The translations under genes and the position numbers were made by a program. A stretch of DNA of 64,000 nt from assembly GCA_041663285.1 (NCBI GenBank), contig JBAZSP010000001.1, positions 81,838-145,837 of the forward strand, in the 5' to 3' direction. The DNA comes from Candidatus Shapirobacteria bacterium (lineage in GTDB: Bacteria; Patescibacteriota; Microgenomatia; UBA12405). The notes under the pieces are model-generated. The model was not told where the DNA came from and ran no database searches. It saw only the letters and a program-made list of their open reading frames with translations. This document shows, one piece after another, positions 28,747 through 38,956 of this stretch (the stretch's first letter is position 1; every line of letters begins with the position of its first letter).

Positions 28747-29824
28747 ACACCTTTTTTACTGTCGCCGACCTTGACTTAAAATTCCTGCCCAAACCCTCAA
28801 TTATTCCCCGGCCCAGACTCTTTTCGTCTCTGGCTTTCACTATCAGCCCAAAGCCGGTCTCCTGCACCACCCATCTGGCTCCGGGGATGTTGGTACAGAC
28901 CGATGGGGTTCCTGCCAGCATTGCTTCAATTTGCGATGACGGGAAACAATCAGTTCGTGATGGTTGTACATAAAGGCTAAGTGATTTATAAAACGCAAAC
29001 AGCTCTCGGGGGTCATTGATAAGTCCTAAGAGTTTTAAATGTTTTTTGTAACGTTTTATCAAGCCTTCAATTTTTTGCCAAAACTTTTCGTAGTTAATTT
29101 TGTAATCTCCGGCCAAAACCATCATGGCTCTTGGGAATCTCCTTATGACTATCGGAATCGCTTCAAGCAGGTAATCGACTCCTTTCTCTTCAACAAATCT
29201 GCCGGAAAAACCAATCAATATTTTATTTTCCAGGCCGTACTTTTGTTTAAAATTAGCCACCTCGCTTGCCGAAACACTTGGTATTTCAAAAAGTGGCAGT
29301 ATCACCCTCCACTTGTCCTCACACCCCAATAGCAATTTCGACTGCTTGGCATAATCTTCTGATTGAATCAAAACCGCCCTGGCTCTTTTGATCGACCATC
29401 TTGTAGTTAAATAATATACAGCTTCCGCTATTTTGGCTATTACTCCACCATCTTTTGGCAATACTAGATCACCGTTGTGGATCAGGTAAAGCTTTTTTTT
29501 GAAGATTCCGGCGACCATGGCTGTTAACACTACCTGTTGCAGGGGGAGATATGCCACCACCGACTCATTCTCCCTTACCAGCTTGATCAGGGAAAATAAA
29601 AACCCGGGAGTAACCACGCTCCTTAACAGCCGGAACCAATATTTAAGCCTGACCACCTTTACTCCGGTAATGTTTTCTGTTAGCGGCGACTCCCTATTGT
29701 GTTGACTGGTTAGCACTGTCACTTCATGGTCCCGTTTCGCCAGGCCTTCAGCCACCCGGGCGGCATACTGGGTCAGTCCTGTCCAGTGAGGCCGATAAAA
29801 AGTCAACACAAAAAGCAGCTTCAT
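28694..29824 (-). CDS. GT-B fold glycosyltransferase, family 4-like
   Basis: N-terminus MKLLFVLTFYRPHWTGL (internal start chosen to avoid overlap), C-terminal EX7E-type region GRFVEEKGVDYLLEA. Confidence 0.7.
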   Translation of the reverse strand: MKLLFVLTFYRPHWTGLTQYAARVAEGLAKRDHEVTVLTSQHNRESPLTENITGVKVVRLKYWFRLLRSVVTPGFLFSLIKLVRENESVVAYLPLQQVVLTAMVAGIFKKKLYLIHNGDLVLPKDGGVIAKIAEAVYYLTTRWSIKRARAVLIQSEDYAKQSKLLLGCEDKWRVILPLFEIPSVSASEVANFKQKYGLENKILIGFSGRFVEEKGVDYLLEAIPIVIRRFPRAMMVLAGDYKINYEKFWQKIEGLIKRYKKHLKLLGLINDPRELFAFYKSLSLYVQPSRTDCFPSSQIEAMLAGTPSVCTNIPGARWVVQETGFGLIVKARDEKSLGRGIIEGLGRNFKSRSATVKKVFDYQRTLDKYEKLFNTN

Positions 29825-29825
29825 A

Positions 29826-30368
29826 TTATGTTCGTATATCGCTAAGATAATTAATTCCTTTAGCCTCAAGACAGGCGTGTTTCTGTTTGCCAAAACAATA
29901 GATTTTAGTTTTTAAATTTTTCGCCAAATAATCAGCTATCAGGTTATCGTCATCCACATACCATTCCGCTTTGATTTTTTTTAGTATTTTTTCCTTAAAC
30001 AAATACGGTTGTTCGTTCTTCGAGTTTAAATAAATCTTATGGAAATAACTATTGATCCCTCTTCTTTCCAGCCATGCCCGGGTTTCATTTTTTAAAAAGC
30101 TATACCGTCCGGAAATTATGTAAAGGCGGTATCGTTGGCTTCGGCTAAGATCCGCCACTGCCTTAAGATTTTCTTTAATCGGTGGTCTAAAAAGATAAAA
30201 GTGCGACAACTTTCTCACTGCAATTTCAAATCGGGAGGAGGGGATTCGGTAATTAAGTGTTTTTTCTTTCGTCCCCCTAAACCATTTCTCAATCAAGGAT
30301 TTCGGAATTAACGGTGGCTTATCAACAATCACCCCATCAAGGTCGAAAGCAATTCTTAATCGTTTCAT
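29826..30368 (-). CDS. HAD-superfamily hydrolase/phosphatase
   Basis: Motif I IAFDLDGVIVD at the N-terminus, 180 aa. Confidence 0.5.
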   Translation of the reverse strand: MKRLRIAFDLDGVIVDKPPLIPKSLIEKWFRGTKEKTLNYRIPSSRFEIAVRKLSHFYLFRPPIKENLKAVADLSRSQRYRLYIISGRYSFLKNETRAWLERRGINSYFHKIYLNSKNEQPYLFKEKILKKIKAEWYVDDDNLIADYLAKNLKTKIYCFGKQKHACLEAKGINYLSDIRT

Positions 30369-30471
30369 TATTATTTAATAAATTAATCCTTACAATCTCT
30401 CCGGTCATCGGCCGTGTGTTTTATTATTACATGAACATTACCAAAACCCCAGCATCGTGTAAAATACCCTT

Positions 30472-32658
30472 ATGGTTGCCGATTTTAAGTATATCGTTTT
30501 TTGGTGGTTAACCATCTTCCTGATTGGTTCTCTGTCTTTACCGCTGATCTTTACTGTGTTTAGGGATTTTTACGACAAGGGTTATATTTTTAGCAAAATC
30601 GCCGGTATCGCCATCCTGACCTATATTATATTTGTTTTGGGTATTTTTAAATTTTTGCCCTTTTCCAGCAGCTCGATATTTTTTATTTTATTCTTTGTCC
30701 TGCTGGCAAATATTTTATATCTTTCCAAAAAAGATAATTTTGCCAAATTTAAAAAAGATCTCCTGCTTCACCACCGGCAAATAATATCCCAGGAGTTGGC
30801 CTTTTTTGGTGTTTTAACCCTCTGGTCTTTTATCCGTGGCCATTCGCCCGACATTGATAACCTCGAAAAGTTTATGGACTGGGGATTTGTAAATTCTGTT
30901 TTAAGATCTACCTTCATGCCCCCGGCCGACATGTGGTATTCCGGTGAACCGATCAATTACTACTATTTCGGCCACCTCATTTTTGGCGTATTAACCAAAA
31001 TTTCGGGCATCGATTCCGCTATCACCTACAACCTTTCCATCGCCACAGTTTGCGCCCTTACCTTTGTTAGCGGCTTTTCAATAACGTCCAATCTTGTTGT
31101 TCACTTTAATGTCTTCAAAGCTGTTATAAAAAAGAAACTTGACGTCCGGAATATCCGTTTAAAACAGGCGGTTTTGGCCGGTGTATTTTCGGCCTTTCTA
31201 CTGACCTTCGGTGGCAATTTCCACGCCGTCTACAAGATTATTAAGCTTGATATAAGTCAAAATAACGGCCGTTTTGTCCTTACCAAAGATGCTCTTAACC
31301 AGGCTGCCAATTCTTATTGGTATCCAGACGCCACCCGTTTTATCGGTTTTGATCCCGATATAAAAGATAAGACTATCCACGAATTTCCTCTCTATAGCTT
31401 TGTGGTGGCCGACCTTCACGGTCACATGAACGATATTCCGGTTATCTTGTTTTTCATTGCCTTTCTTTTTGCCTTTAGCCTGTCACCGGTAAAGGCTCCA
31501 TCTTGGAAATTAATTGTCCCATCAGGCCTGATATTATCAATTGCTTTCATGACCAACGCCTGGGACTTTTTTGTTTACGGCCTAACCTTTGCCGTTTGTC
31601 TCTTTTTTATCCATCTTCACCATACTGATTTTTATCAGGCAATAAGGTCAATATTGATAAACGGGTTTTTAACTGTTCTCTGTTGGTACCTTTTCACCTT
31701 ACCCTTTACTCTTAATTTCATCCCCATGGCCGACGGAGTCAGGCTGGTCGATTATCGAACTCCGTTTTACCAGCTTTTTGTTTTATATGGTGGTTTCTGG
31801 CTGATTTGCTTGCCTCTTTTAGGTTATTTTTTCTATCGCTTTTTAAAAGACAGGTCGTTTATCAAAAAAATGATCCCGTCCGACGTCATTGCGTTGGCCT
31901 TGATTTTAGTTGCTACTTTATTAGTGCTTCTTCCCGAGATTATTTATCTTAAAGATATATATATATACGAGCATCGTCGGGCCAACACCATGTTTAAGCT
32001 TGTTTATCAGGCGTTTATTCTCTACTCACTTGTAGCTGGGTATGCTGTTTACCGTTTGTCTGCCTCAATTCGGCCGCGGATGATTAAATTCCTATACAAA
32101 GTAATTGTGCTAATAGTTTTTACCAGCCATTTAATTTACCCGTTTTTCGCCATCAAGTCAGCCTATGGTAGCCTTTCTTCATACAAAGGTCTGTATGGTC
32201 TAGGTTTCTTAAAGACAGCTCACCCGGATAGTTTTGAAGCTGTCAAATGGATTAATGCCAACATTTCCGGCCAGCCAGTAATCCTTGAAGCCGCCGGGGA
32301 TAGTTATACCTACTATAATCATATTTCAGCCGCGACTGGCGTCCCCACTGTCCTGGGCTGGCTGGTTCACGAATGGCTTTGGCACGGAGGTCAAAAAGAC
32401 CCAAATTCCTCCAAGTACCTAAACAAGCTGGACTGTGGTGATCCCTGCAGTGTCCGCGGTCCTGATGTTCAAAGAATTTACGAATCCCAAGACGTTGTCG
32501 AAGTTCGTTCTTTGCTCCAAAAATACAATGTCGATTATGTCTTTGTCGGCGATAAGGAGCTCGAAAAATATCAAAGCTTAAATGTCGACGTAATTTCGGG
32601 GCTTAGCCAAATTGTTTTTGAATCCGGTAAAACCAAACTATACAAGATTACTAAATAA
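30472..32658 (+). CDS. large polytopic membrane protein of the DUF2298 / YYY-domain family (GT-C-like)
   Basis: 728 aa with the signature segment GEPINYYYFGHLIFGVLTKISG, as in the Chloroflexi/archaeal YYY-domain proteins. Confidence 0.6.
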   Translation: MVADFKYIVFWWLTIFLIGSLSLPLIFTVFRDFYDKGYIFSKIAGIAILTYIIFVLGIFKFLPFSSSSIFFILFFVLLANILYLSKKDNFAKFKKDLLLHHRQIISQELAFFGVLTLWSFIRGHSPDIDNLEKFMDWGFVNSVLRSTFMPPADMWYSGEPINYYYFGHLIFGVLTKISGIDSAITYNLSIATVCALTFVSGFSITSNLVVHFNVFKAVIKKKLDVRNIRLKQAVLAGVFSAFLLTFGGNFHAVYKIIKLDISQNNGRFVLTKDALNQAANSYWYPDATRFIGFDPDIKDKTIHEFPLYSFVVADLHGHMNDIPVILFFIAFLFAFSLSPVKAPSWKLIVPSGLILSIAFMTNAWDFFVYGLTFAVCLFFIHLHHTDFYQAIRSILINGFLTVLCWYLFTLPFTLNFIPMADGVRLVDYRTPFYQLFVLYGGFWLICLPLLGYFFYRFLKDRSFIKKMIPSDVIALALILVATLLVLLPEIIYLKDIYIYEHRRANTMFKLVYQAFILYSLVAGYAVYRLSASIRPRMIKFLYKVIVLIVFTSHLIYPFFAIKSAYGSLSSYKGLYGLGFLKTAHPDSFEAVKWINANISGQPVILEAAGDSYTYYNHISAATGVPTVLGWLVHEWLWHGGQKDPNSSKYLNKLDCGDPCSVRGPDVQRIYESQDVVEVRSLLQKYNVDYVFVGDKELEKYQSLNVDVISGLSQIVFESGKTKLYKITK

Positions 32659-32700
32659 CTTTCTGGTTTCGGATTAAGCGTCCATCATCTATCATTAATA

Positions 32701-34581
32701 ATGAGTGATATTCTGCAGGGGTTAAACCCACAACAGAAAAAAGCGGTGGTCCATCAGGGCACTCCATTATTACTACTCGCCGGCGCCGGTTCGGGCAAAA
32801 CCCGGGTACTGACTCACCGGGCAGCCTATTTAATTGCCAATCATCTGGCTTCTGCTTCTGATATATTACTGCTGACTTTTACCAACAAAGCCGCTGCCGA
32901 GATGAAAAGTCGGATTTCGGCTTTGTTTAAGGCTAATCGTCTAAAATCCGATACCGGGCTATTTGCCGGTACCTTCCATTCGTTTTGTTGTCGCATTTTA
33001 CGTCACGATGGCACCCATATTGGAGTTGCCCCAAATTTTGTTATTTACGATCAGGAAGATCAACAAAATTTAATCAAAACCATCCTCAAAGAACTAAATC
33101 TTACCCCAAAAGAGTTTAGCCCCGTTAGCATTGCCTATTTCATCGAGCAGGCCAAAAACAATTTCCAAACCCCTCAAAGCTTGTCGGTTACCGGTTTTTG
33201 GCAAAGTTATGCCCAAAAAATATATTCTCAATATCAAAAAAAGTTATCCGACTTACAGGCTCTTGATTTTAACGACCTGCTTTTCAAAACCGTCGAGCTG
33301 CTGCTCTCTCACCAGCCGACTCTGGAAAAATATCAAAACATCTTTCATTACATACTGGTTGATGAGTACCAGGACACCAACCAAATTCAATACCTTCTGA
33401 CCAAGTTGTTGGCCAAAAAATTACAACAGATTACGGCGGTAGGCGATGCCTCTCAGGCAATTTATGGCTGGCGGGGTGCCGATTTTCGCAACCTGATCAG
33501 CTTTACTACTGATTTCAAAAACACCACCATTATCAATCTCGAGCAAAACTATCGCTCCACTCAAAACATTCTCGAAGCGGCCAATTCGGTTATCTCCAAA
33601 AACACCTCTCATCCGGTTTTGCATCTTTATACCAACAAGGTCAGCCAGGACAAAATTCATTTATTTCAGGCCAATTCCGAAGTCGACGAGGCTGATTATG
33701 TAGCTCAAAAAATTCAGTTTATTCATCTCAACCTTCGTCTACCGTATAAATATATAGCCGTACTTTATCGGATGAATGCTCAATCCCGGGTAATCGAGGA
33801 AGCGTTTTTGCGTCAAAGTATTCCTTACGTCCTGGTTGGAGGCCTACGTTTTTATGAACGGGCCGAAATCAAGGATATTCTTTCCATGCTTCGGCTGGCT
33901 GTCAACTCCAAAGACCTGCTTTCCGCTGATCGTCTTGAAAAAAATCTGGGTAAAAAGAAGTTTGGTAACTTTTTAGCGCATCTTTCAGCGGTTGATTTGC
34001 CTTCGCTTACCTCTATTCAAATTCTGGAATCGCTAGTTGTTGCCTCGGGTTATTTAGATAAATTTGATCATAAAGACGAAGAAGATCAGCGTCGGATTGA
34101 AAATATCAAAGAGCTCAAGTCCGTCGCCACTGCTTACCCCGACATTCATCAGTTTTTAGAAAATATCAGCCTGGTTCAGCAGGAATACAGCCTTCAGGAA
34201 AAAAACAAAAAAAAGGAAAACCGGGAAGGCGTCCGGCTGATGACGCTGCACGGCTCCAAAGGTTTGGAATTTGAAGTAGTATTTTTGGTCGGTTTTGAAG
34301 AAGGCATTTTGCCCCACCTCAAATCTATGGTTGAAACTGCTGATATCGAAGAGGAGCGGCGTCTTTGTTATGTCGGTATCACTCGGGCAAAAGATTACTT
34401 GTTTATAACGTATGCCAACCGTCGTCTTTATTTTGGCAAAAGCTCTTTAAACGCACCCAGCCGCTTTCTTTCCGAAATTCCCCAAAATCTGCTCGAGTTC
34501 GAAACACCTTCGTCCGGGGATCTTCACCAACCTGCCGGTTCAAATGATTCCGACTTGGTATATGATCCCGATATTTATTAA
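32701..34581 (+). CDS. uvrD: UvrD/PcrA-family DNA helicase (short, 626 aa)
   Basis: Motif I LLLAGAGSGKTRVLTHR, motif II VDEYQDTN, motif V/VI region TLHGSKGLEF and VGITRAKD. Confidence 0.85.
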   Translation: MSDILQGLNPQQKKAVVHQGTPLLLLAGAGSGKTRVLTHRAAYLIANHLASASDILLLTFTNKAAAEMKSRISALFKANRLKSDTGLFAGTFHSFCCRILRHDGTHIGVAPNFVIYDQEDQQNLIKTILKELNLTPKEFSPVSIAYFIEQAKNNFQTPQSLSVTGFWQSYAQKIYSQYQKKLSDLQALDFNDLLFKTVELLLSHQPTLEKYQNIFHYILVDEYQDTNQIQYLLTKLLAKKLQQITAVGDASQAIYGWRGADFRNLISFTTDFKNTTIINLEQNYRSTQNILEAANSVISKNTSHPVLHLYTNKVSQDKIHLFQANSEVDEADYVAQKIQFIHLNLRLPYKYIAVLYRMNAQSRVIEEAFLRQSIPYVLVGGLRFYERAEIKDILSMLRLAVNSKDLLSADRLEKNLGKKKFGNFLAHLSAVDLPSLTSIQILESLVVASGYLDKFDHKDEEDQRRIENIKELKSVATAYPDIHQFLENISLVQQEYSLQEKNKKKENREGVRLMTLHGSKGLEFEVVFLVGFEEGILPHLKSMVETADIEEERRLCYVGITRAKDYLFITYANRRLYFGKSSLNAPSRFLSEIPQNLLEFETPSSGDLHQPAGSNDSDLVYDPDIY

Positions 34582-34590
34582 AATCCTTAT

Positions 34591-35640
34591 ATGATCACCC
34601 GACTTGTTTATAGCCAGGAAAAAAAACAATTTAATCAATTAATCCGCCACCCGGTCCAAACCTGGGAGTGGGGTGATTTTCAAATAACTCAAGGCCACCA
34701 GGTTTACCGGCTTGGTGTTTTTGAAAAAAACAAAATGATCTCGGCTTATAGCCTTAGCTTTCACCGCCTTCCCCGGCTCAATTTTTCTGTCGGCACAATT
34801 CTAAGGGGCCCCATGCCAGATTTAGAAATGCTGACCAATATTCAAAAAATTGGCCGTGACGAAAACGCCCTTTTTATCAAATTGGAACCCGACGTTATTC
34901 ACCAGAGCTTCTCCGACCTTGGCATAGGGAGTGTCATCTCACCCAGCCCCGATCTTCCGAATTTGGTGGTTTCTCCCAAAGTTGCCTTTTACCCCCATAC
35001 CTACTTTGTTGATTTAACCAAAACCGAAAACGAGCTTATCGAAGCTCTTCATTCCAAGACTCGTTACAATATTAAAGTAGCTAATCGTCACGGGGTAAAG
35101 ATCCGGGAGATGACGACCGATCAGGGATTCGAGATTTATCTTCGGCTACTTTTTGAAACAACCAAGCGCCAGGGTTTTTATCTTCACACCCCCGAGTATC
35201 ACCAACAACTTTGGCAGACGCTCAAAGCCTCCGGTATGGTAAAAATTATGATAGCCACCTATCAGGATTTAGCCCTGGCCGCCTTTATGCTCTTTAAGCA
35301 GCAGGACCGTCTATATTACCCCTACGGCGCTTCTTCCGACGTTCATCGGGAGGTCATGGCGCCGACACTGTTAATGTGGGAATGTCTTATGCTTGGTAAA
35401 AAATTAGGCTGCAATACTTTCGACATGTGGGGTAGCTTAGGGCCAAACGCTCAAGCCACCGAGCCTGGCTTTGGCTTCCATCGCTTTAAACAGGGTTTTG
35501 GCGGCCAATTATCCCAATATGTTGGTACTTACGATCTGGTTATCGACCCTCAAAAATATCAGCTCTACAATCTCGTTGATCGTTGGCGTTGGCGTCTACT
35601 TCGGTTCAAGGCCAATCTTTTTAAAACTACCACCGACTAA
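34591..35640 (+). CDS. FemX/FemAB-family aminoacyl-tRNA-dependent peptidoglycan peptide-bridge transferase
   Basis: N-terminus WEWGDFQ...YSLSFHRL..FSVGTILRGPMPD and C-terminus YYPYGASSDVHREVMAPTLLMWECLMLGKKLGCNTFDMWG collinear with the FemX fold, 349 aa. Confidence 0.65.
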   Translation: MITRLVYSQEKKQFNQLIRHPVQTWEWGDFQITQGHQVYRLGVFEKNKMISAYSLSFHRLPRLNFSVGTILRGPMPDLEMLTNIQKIGRDENALFIKLEPDVIHQSFSDLGIGSVISPSPDLPNLVVSPKVAFYPHTYFVDLTKTENELIEALHSKTRYNIKVANRHGVKIREMTTDQGFEIYLRLLFETTKRQGFYLHTPEYHQQLWQTLKASGMVKIMIATYQDLALAAFMLFKQQDRLYYPYGASSDVHREVMAPTLLMWECLMLGKKLGCNTFDMWGSLGPNAQATEPGFGFHRFKQGFGGQLSQYVGTYDLVIDPQKYQLYNLVDRWRWRLLRFKANLFKTTTD

Positions 35641-37172
35641 AACCATGGCCTCTTAGTAGTCAGCATGTCGGTTGAGTCACCCAACTTAAAAAAGCGGTCA
35701 ACTATCGGAAATTTTGCCCTGGAAAGAATTATTTGTTTGTCCATCGGGCAGGTTTTGTTTTCGCAGTTGACCTCAAAGGCAGAATAAATAAACCGGCTGT
35801 TTAAAAATGCCCCGATCAAAACAAAGACTATCATTAGGCTCCGGGTTAGTGCTCTACCTGTTTTTAGTCTTTTCGCCAATGCCAACAGTGATGGCAGTAA
35901 AATAAACAAAAGACTCAGCCTGAAGCCTAAGGTTGACGTCGTCGGCCGGAAGTCATTGGCCAGGAAAAACCGACTGGTCATTAATAGCCCGAAAACCAGG
36001 GTTGCTGAAAAGAAATTGGCTTTTTTTAGCACGTACCTCAATCCCAAGGCTCCAAAAATGGCCAAAAAGGGAAAAGTGGGATATCGGTACCAGGGGAGCA
36101 GGTCACCCTCGGTTCCGGAAAATATTGCCACCATTAAAAAGTAAAAGAAGAATAACGCTACTAATCGGTATTTGTCAGTAAAGTTTTTTCTTAAACAGAA
36201 AAATAAAGCCATTAAAAAAGCAAAAATGTACCAACCGTCTTTTAGCACAAAAATATCAAAGGCCGGGGTGGTAAATATGGTAGCCATACCCGTCCAGCCG
36301 GCAAATCTTTGTCCCTGAATTGCCACAATATGTCTAAATAATTCCCAATCATAATAATAGCCGTAATAGGCGAACGCTAAAATCCCAAGCACCGTCCAAA
36401 AAAATATAGCCCCAATGTCTTGGTACCGTTTTTTACCAAAACTTACATAAATTAAAAGTGGAGCCAAAAAAAATCCGGTCGGCTTCATTAATCCCAGAAT
36501 AGCTGCCAATATGCCAAAAAAGTTTGCCAGCCAAAAGTTAGGCTTTTCTTCATAAATTTTGGCCAGTCCCAGGGTTCCGATAGCCGCCAAGGCAATAACA
36601 TTTTCCGGTACCGACAATCTGGAACCAAAAACAAAAATCGGCGTAACTCCGTAAAACATCATCGCCAGCATCCCGATTTTATAACCAAAAAACATTTTCC
36701 CCACCCAAAATATCAGTACCATGGTCAGAAGCGACATTACCACCGTCGGCATCCTTGAGTAAGCCGGGTTAATTACTTTGGTTCTATCGCTTTTAAAAAG
36801 ATGGGCCACTCCTCCGGCCATCAGGCTAAACAAAGGTGGCTCGTCCAGCCATGGCCGATATAGCTTTGCCGGCAGATACATATTACTTTTGTCCCCGACG
36901 ATACCATCATAAACGAGGGCGCTTTTGGGGTATTCCAGTGTCGACCACGACGTCGGCACTCCGGTTTCAATTAAGTGTATCCCGGACCAGCCATAAAGTA
37001 GTTCTTCCGCATGAACCGGATAGGGGACCCGGTCATAATTATGCAATTTCAAAATTGTCAGGTAACAAAACACTATTCCAAAAAGTATCCGTTTAAAAAC
37101 CAATCTGCCGTCTTCGCGTCCTTTCGCTTTATGTTTCACCAAAATTATTATATCAGCAAGATATTCAACCAT
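35637..37172 (-). CDS. GT-C fold membrane glycosyltransferase (GT39/ArnT-like), fourth paralogue
   Basis: 511 aa polytopic with loop-1 acidic motif (PVHAEELLYGWSG) and a C-terminal soluble domain. Confidence 0.55.
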   Translation of the reverse strand: MVEYLADIIILVKHKAKGREDGRLVFKRILFGIVFCYLTILKLHNYDRVPYPVHAEELLYGWSGIHLIETGVPTSWSTLEYPKSALVYDGIVGDKSNMYLPAKLYRPWLDEPPLFSLMAGGVAHLFKSDRTKVINPAYSRMPTVVMSLLTMVLIFWVGKMFFGYKIGMLAMMFYGVTPIFVFGSRLSVPENVIALAAIGTLGLAKIYEEKPNFWLANFFGILAAILGLMKPTGFFLAPLLIYVSFGKKRYQDIGAIFFWTVLGILAFAYYGYYYDWELFRHIVAIQGQRFAGWTGMATIFTTPAFDIFVLKDGWYIFAFLMALFFCLRKNFTDKYRLVALFFFYFLMVAIFSGTEGDLLPWYRYPTFPFLAIFGALGLRYVLKKANFFSATLVFGLLMTSRFFLANDFRPTTSTLGFRLSLLFILLPSLLALAKRLKTGRALTRSLMIVFVLIGAFLNSRFIYSAFEVNCENKTCPMDKQIILSRAKFPIVDRFFKLGDSTDMLTTKRPWF

Positions 37173-37187
37173 GTTATAAAATATCCT

Positions 37188-37490
37188 ATGCCAACCGACA
37201 CCGGTATCACCCAGGATGAGCTAGACCATATTGCCGGTCTTGCCAGAATAAAATTAACGGAAGCCGAACGTCAGCTTTATCTGTCCCAGCTTAGCTCTAT
37301 CCTACAATACGTTGATTTGCTCCGTCAGGTCGATACTTCTGCCGTTAGCCCCAGCTTCCAGGTAACGAGCCAGACCAATGTTGCCCGTGACGATCAGATC
37401 CGGCCATCTTTAACTCTTGGACAGGCTCAAGCCAACGCCCCCAAAGTCCATGATGGTTATTTTCAAGTCCACCATACCATAAAAAAATGA
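37188..37490 (+). CDS. gatC: Asp/Glu-tRNA(Asn/Gln) amidotransferase subunit C
   Basis: The listed ORF 37011-37490 extends 5' into the convergent GT-C gene; the internal Met at 37188 gives a ~100-aa GatC (ITQDELDHIAGLARIKLTEAE...) and its stop overlaps the gatA start. Confidence 0.75.
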   Translation: MPTDTGITQDELDHIAGLARIKLTEAERQLYLSQLSSILQYVDLLRQVDTSAVSPSFQVTSQTNVARDDQIRPSLTLGQAQANAPKVHDGYFQVHHTIKK

Positions 37491-38956
37491 ATTTGCCTTT
37501 AACTACACTAGCTATTCCCCGGATCCGTGAGCTGCTTGTAAGCGGTCAGGTATCGGCTACCGAGATTGTTCGGGAATACTTGTCGCGCATACAACGCCTT
37601 GATCCTCTGCTAAACGCCTTTATTACTGTTACCGAGGACTATGCTTTTCGTTGCGCTCAACAAATTGATCAAAAGATATCCGATCACCAGCCGGTTGGTC
37701 TATTAGCCGGGTCGGTTATGGCTGTTAAAGACGTCTATTTGACCGAAGGTATTCAAACCACTGCCGGTTCCAAAGTTCTTCAGGGTTTTATTCCGCCCTA
37801 TTCATCCACTGTTTACCGTCGTTTGTTGGAACAGGACGCCATAGTTATTGGAAAAACTAACACTGATTGTTTTGCCTTTGGTGTTTCTACCGAAAACTCT
37901 GGCTATTTTGTTACCAAAAACCCCTGGGATTTGTCACTGATACCCGGTGGCTCTTCCGGTGGTTCTGCCGCCGCCCAGGCCGCCTCTTTGTGTACTTTCG
38001 CCTTAGGTACCGACACCGGCGGTTCCATCCGCCAGCCAGCCTCTTTGTGTGGTATCACTGGTATTAAGCCTACTTATGGCCGTAACTCCCGTTACGGCAT
38101 TACCGCTATGGCTTCTTCTTTTGATTGTCCTGGTACTTTTGCCAAAAATGTTTCCGATGCCTCCCTGATTACTCAAATTATGGCCGGTGTGGATTCTCAA
38201 GACGCCACTTCATCCACTGAACCTGTTCCTGAATATTTATCACCTGCCCGTACGGTCAGTTTAAAAGGTTTAAGAATCGGTATTCCTAAGGAATATTTTG
38301 ATGCAGCTATTGATCCCGAGGTCAAAGCCGCTGTTTTGGCTGCTGCTACCCGCTTGGAGTCGGAAGGAGCCAGTTTAATTTCGGTCTCTCTTCCCAATAC
38401 TGCGCTAGGTCTGGCTGTCTACTATGTCTTAGTGCCGTCAGAGATTTCGGCCAACATGGCTCGTTACGACGGTATTCGTTTCGGCCAATCCAAAAAAGAC
38501 GCCGTTGATCTTTTATCGCACTATCAGGAAACCAGAGGAGAATTTATGGAGCCGGAGCTTAAAAGACGGATCCTTATAGGCACCTATGCTCTTTCTGCCG
38601 GCTACTTCGACGCCTATTATTTAAAAGCCTCTCAAGTCCGCACCCTCATAAAGGACGAATTCCAAAATGCCTTTACCCAGGTTGACTTGATTTTGGCTCC
38701 GGTATCCCCCACAGTTGCCTGGCCTATTGGCCAAAAGGCTAACGACCCCCTTCAAATGTATTTAGCCGACGTCTACACCTGCTGTATCAATGTTGCCGGT
38801 CTTCCCGCCCTGGCCTTACCCGGCGGTTTTAACTCCAACAATTTACCCATTGGCTTCCAGCTAATAGGAAATTACTTCGAAGAAGCCAAGCTATTTTCCG
38901 TCGGCCACCAATTCCAACAGTTAACCGATTACCACTTAAAAGTTCCTTCTTTATGA
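37487..38956 (+). CDS. gatA: Glu-tRNA(Gln) amidotransferase subunit A
   Basis: Amidase signature GGSSGGSAAA with the Ser-cisSer-Lys context, 489 aa. Confidence 0.9.
   Translation: MNLPLTTLAIPRIRELLVSGQVSATEIVREYLSRIQRLDPLLNAFITVTEDYAFRCAQQIDQKISDHQPVGLLAGSVMAVKDVYLTEGIQTTAGSKVLQGFIPPYSSTVYRRLLEQDAIVIGKTNTDCFAFGVSTENSGYFVTKNPWDLSLIPGGSSGGSAAAQAASLCTFALGTDTGGSIRQPASLCGITGIKPTYGRNSRYGITAMASSFDCPGTFAKNVSDASLITQIMAGVDSQDATSSTEPVPEYLSPARTVSLKGLRIGIPKEYFDAAIDPEVKAAVLAAATRLESEGASLISVSLPNTALGLAVYYVLVPSEISANMARYDGIRFGQSKKDAVDLLSHYQETRGEFMEPELKRRILIGTYALSAGYFDAYYLKASQVRTLIKDEFQNAFTQVDLILAPVSPTVAWPIGQKANDPLQMYLADVYTCCINVAGLPALALPGGFNSNNLPIGFQLIGNYFEEAKLFSVGHQFQQLTDYHLKVPSL

Noticed and set aside
37011-37187. 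N-terminal 59-aa extension of the gatC ORF
   Set aside because: It overlaps the 5' part of the convergent GT-C gene on the other strand and has no GatC similarity; the internal Met at 37188 gives a normal-length GatC.
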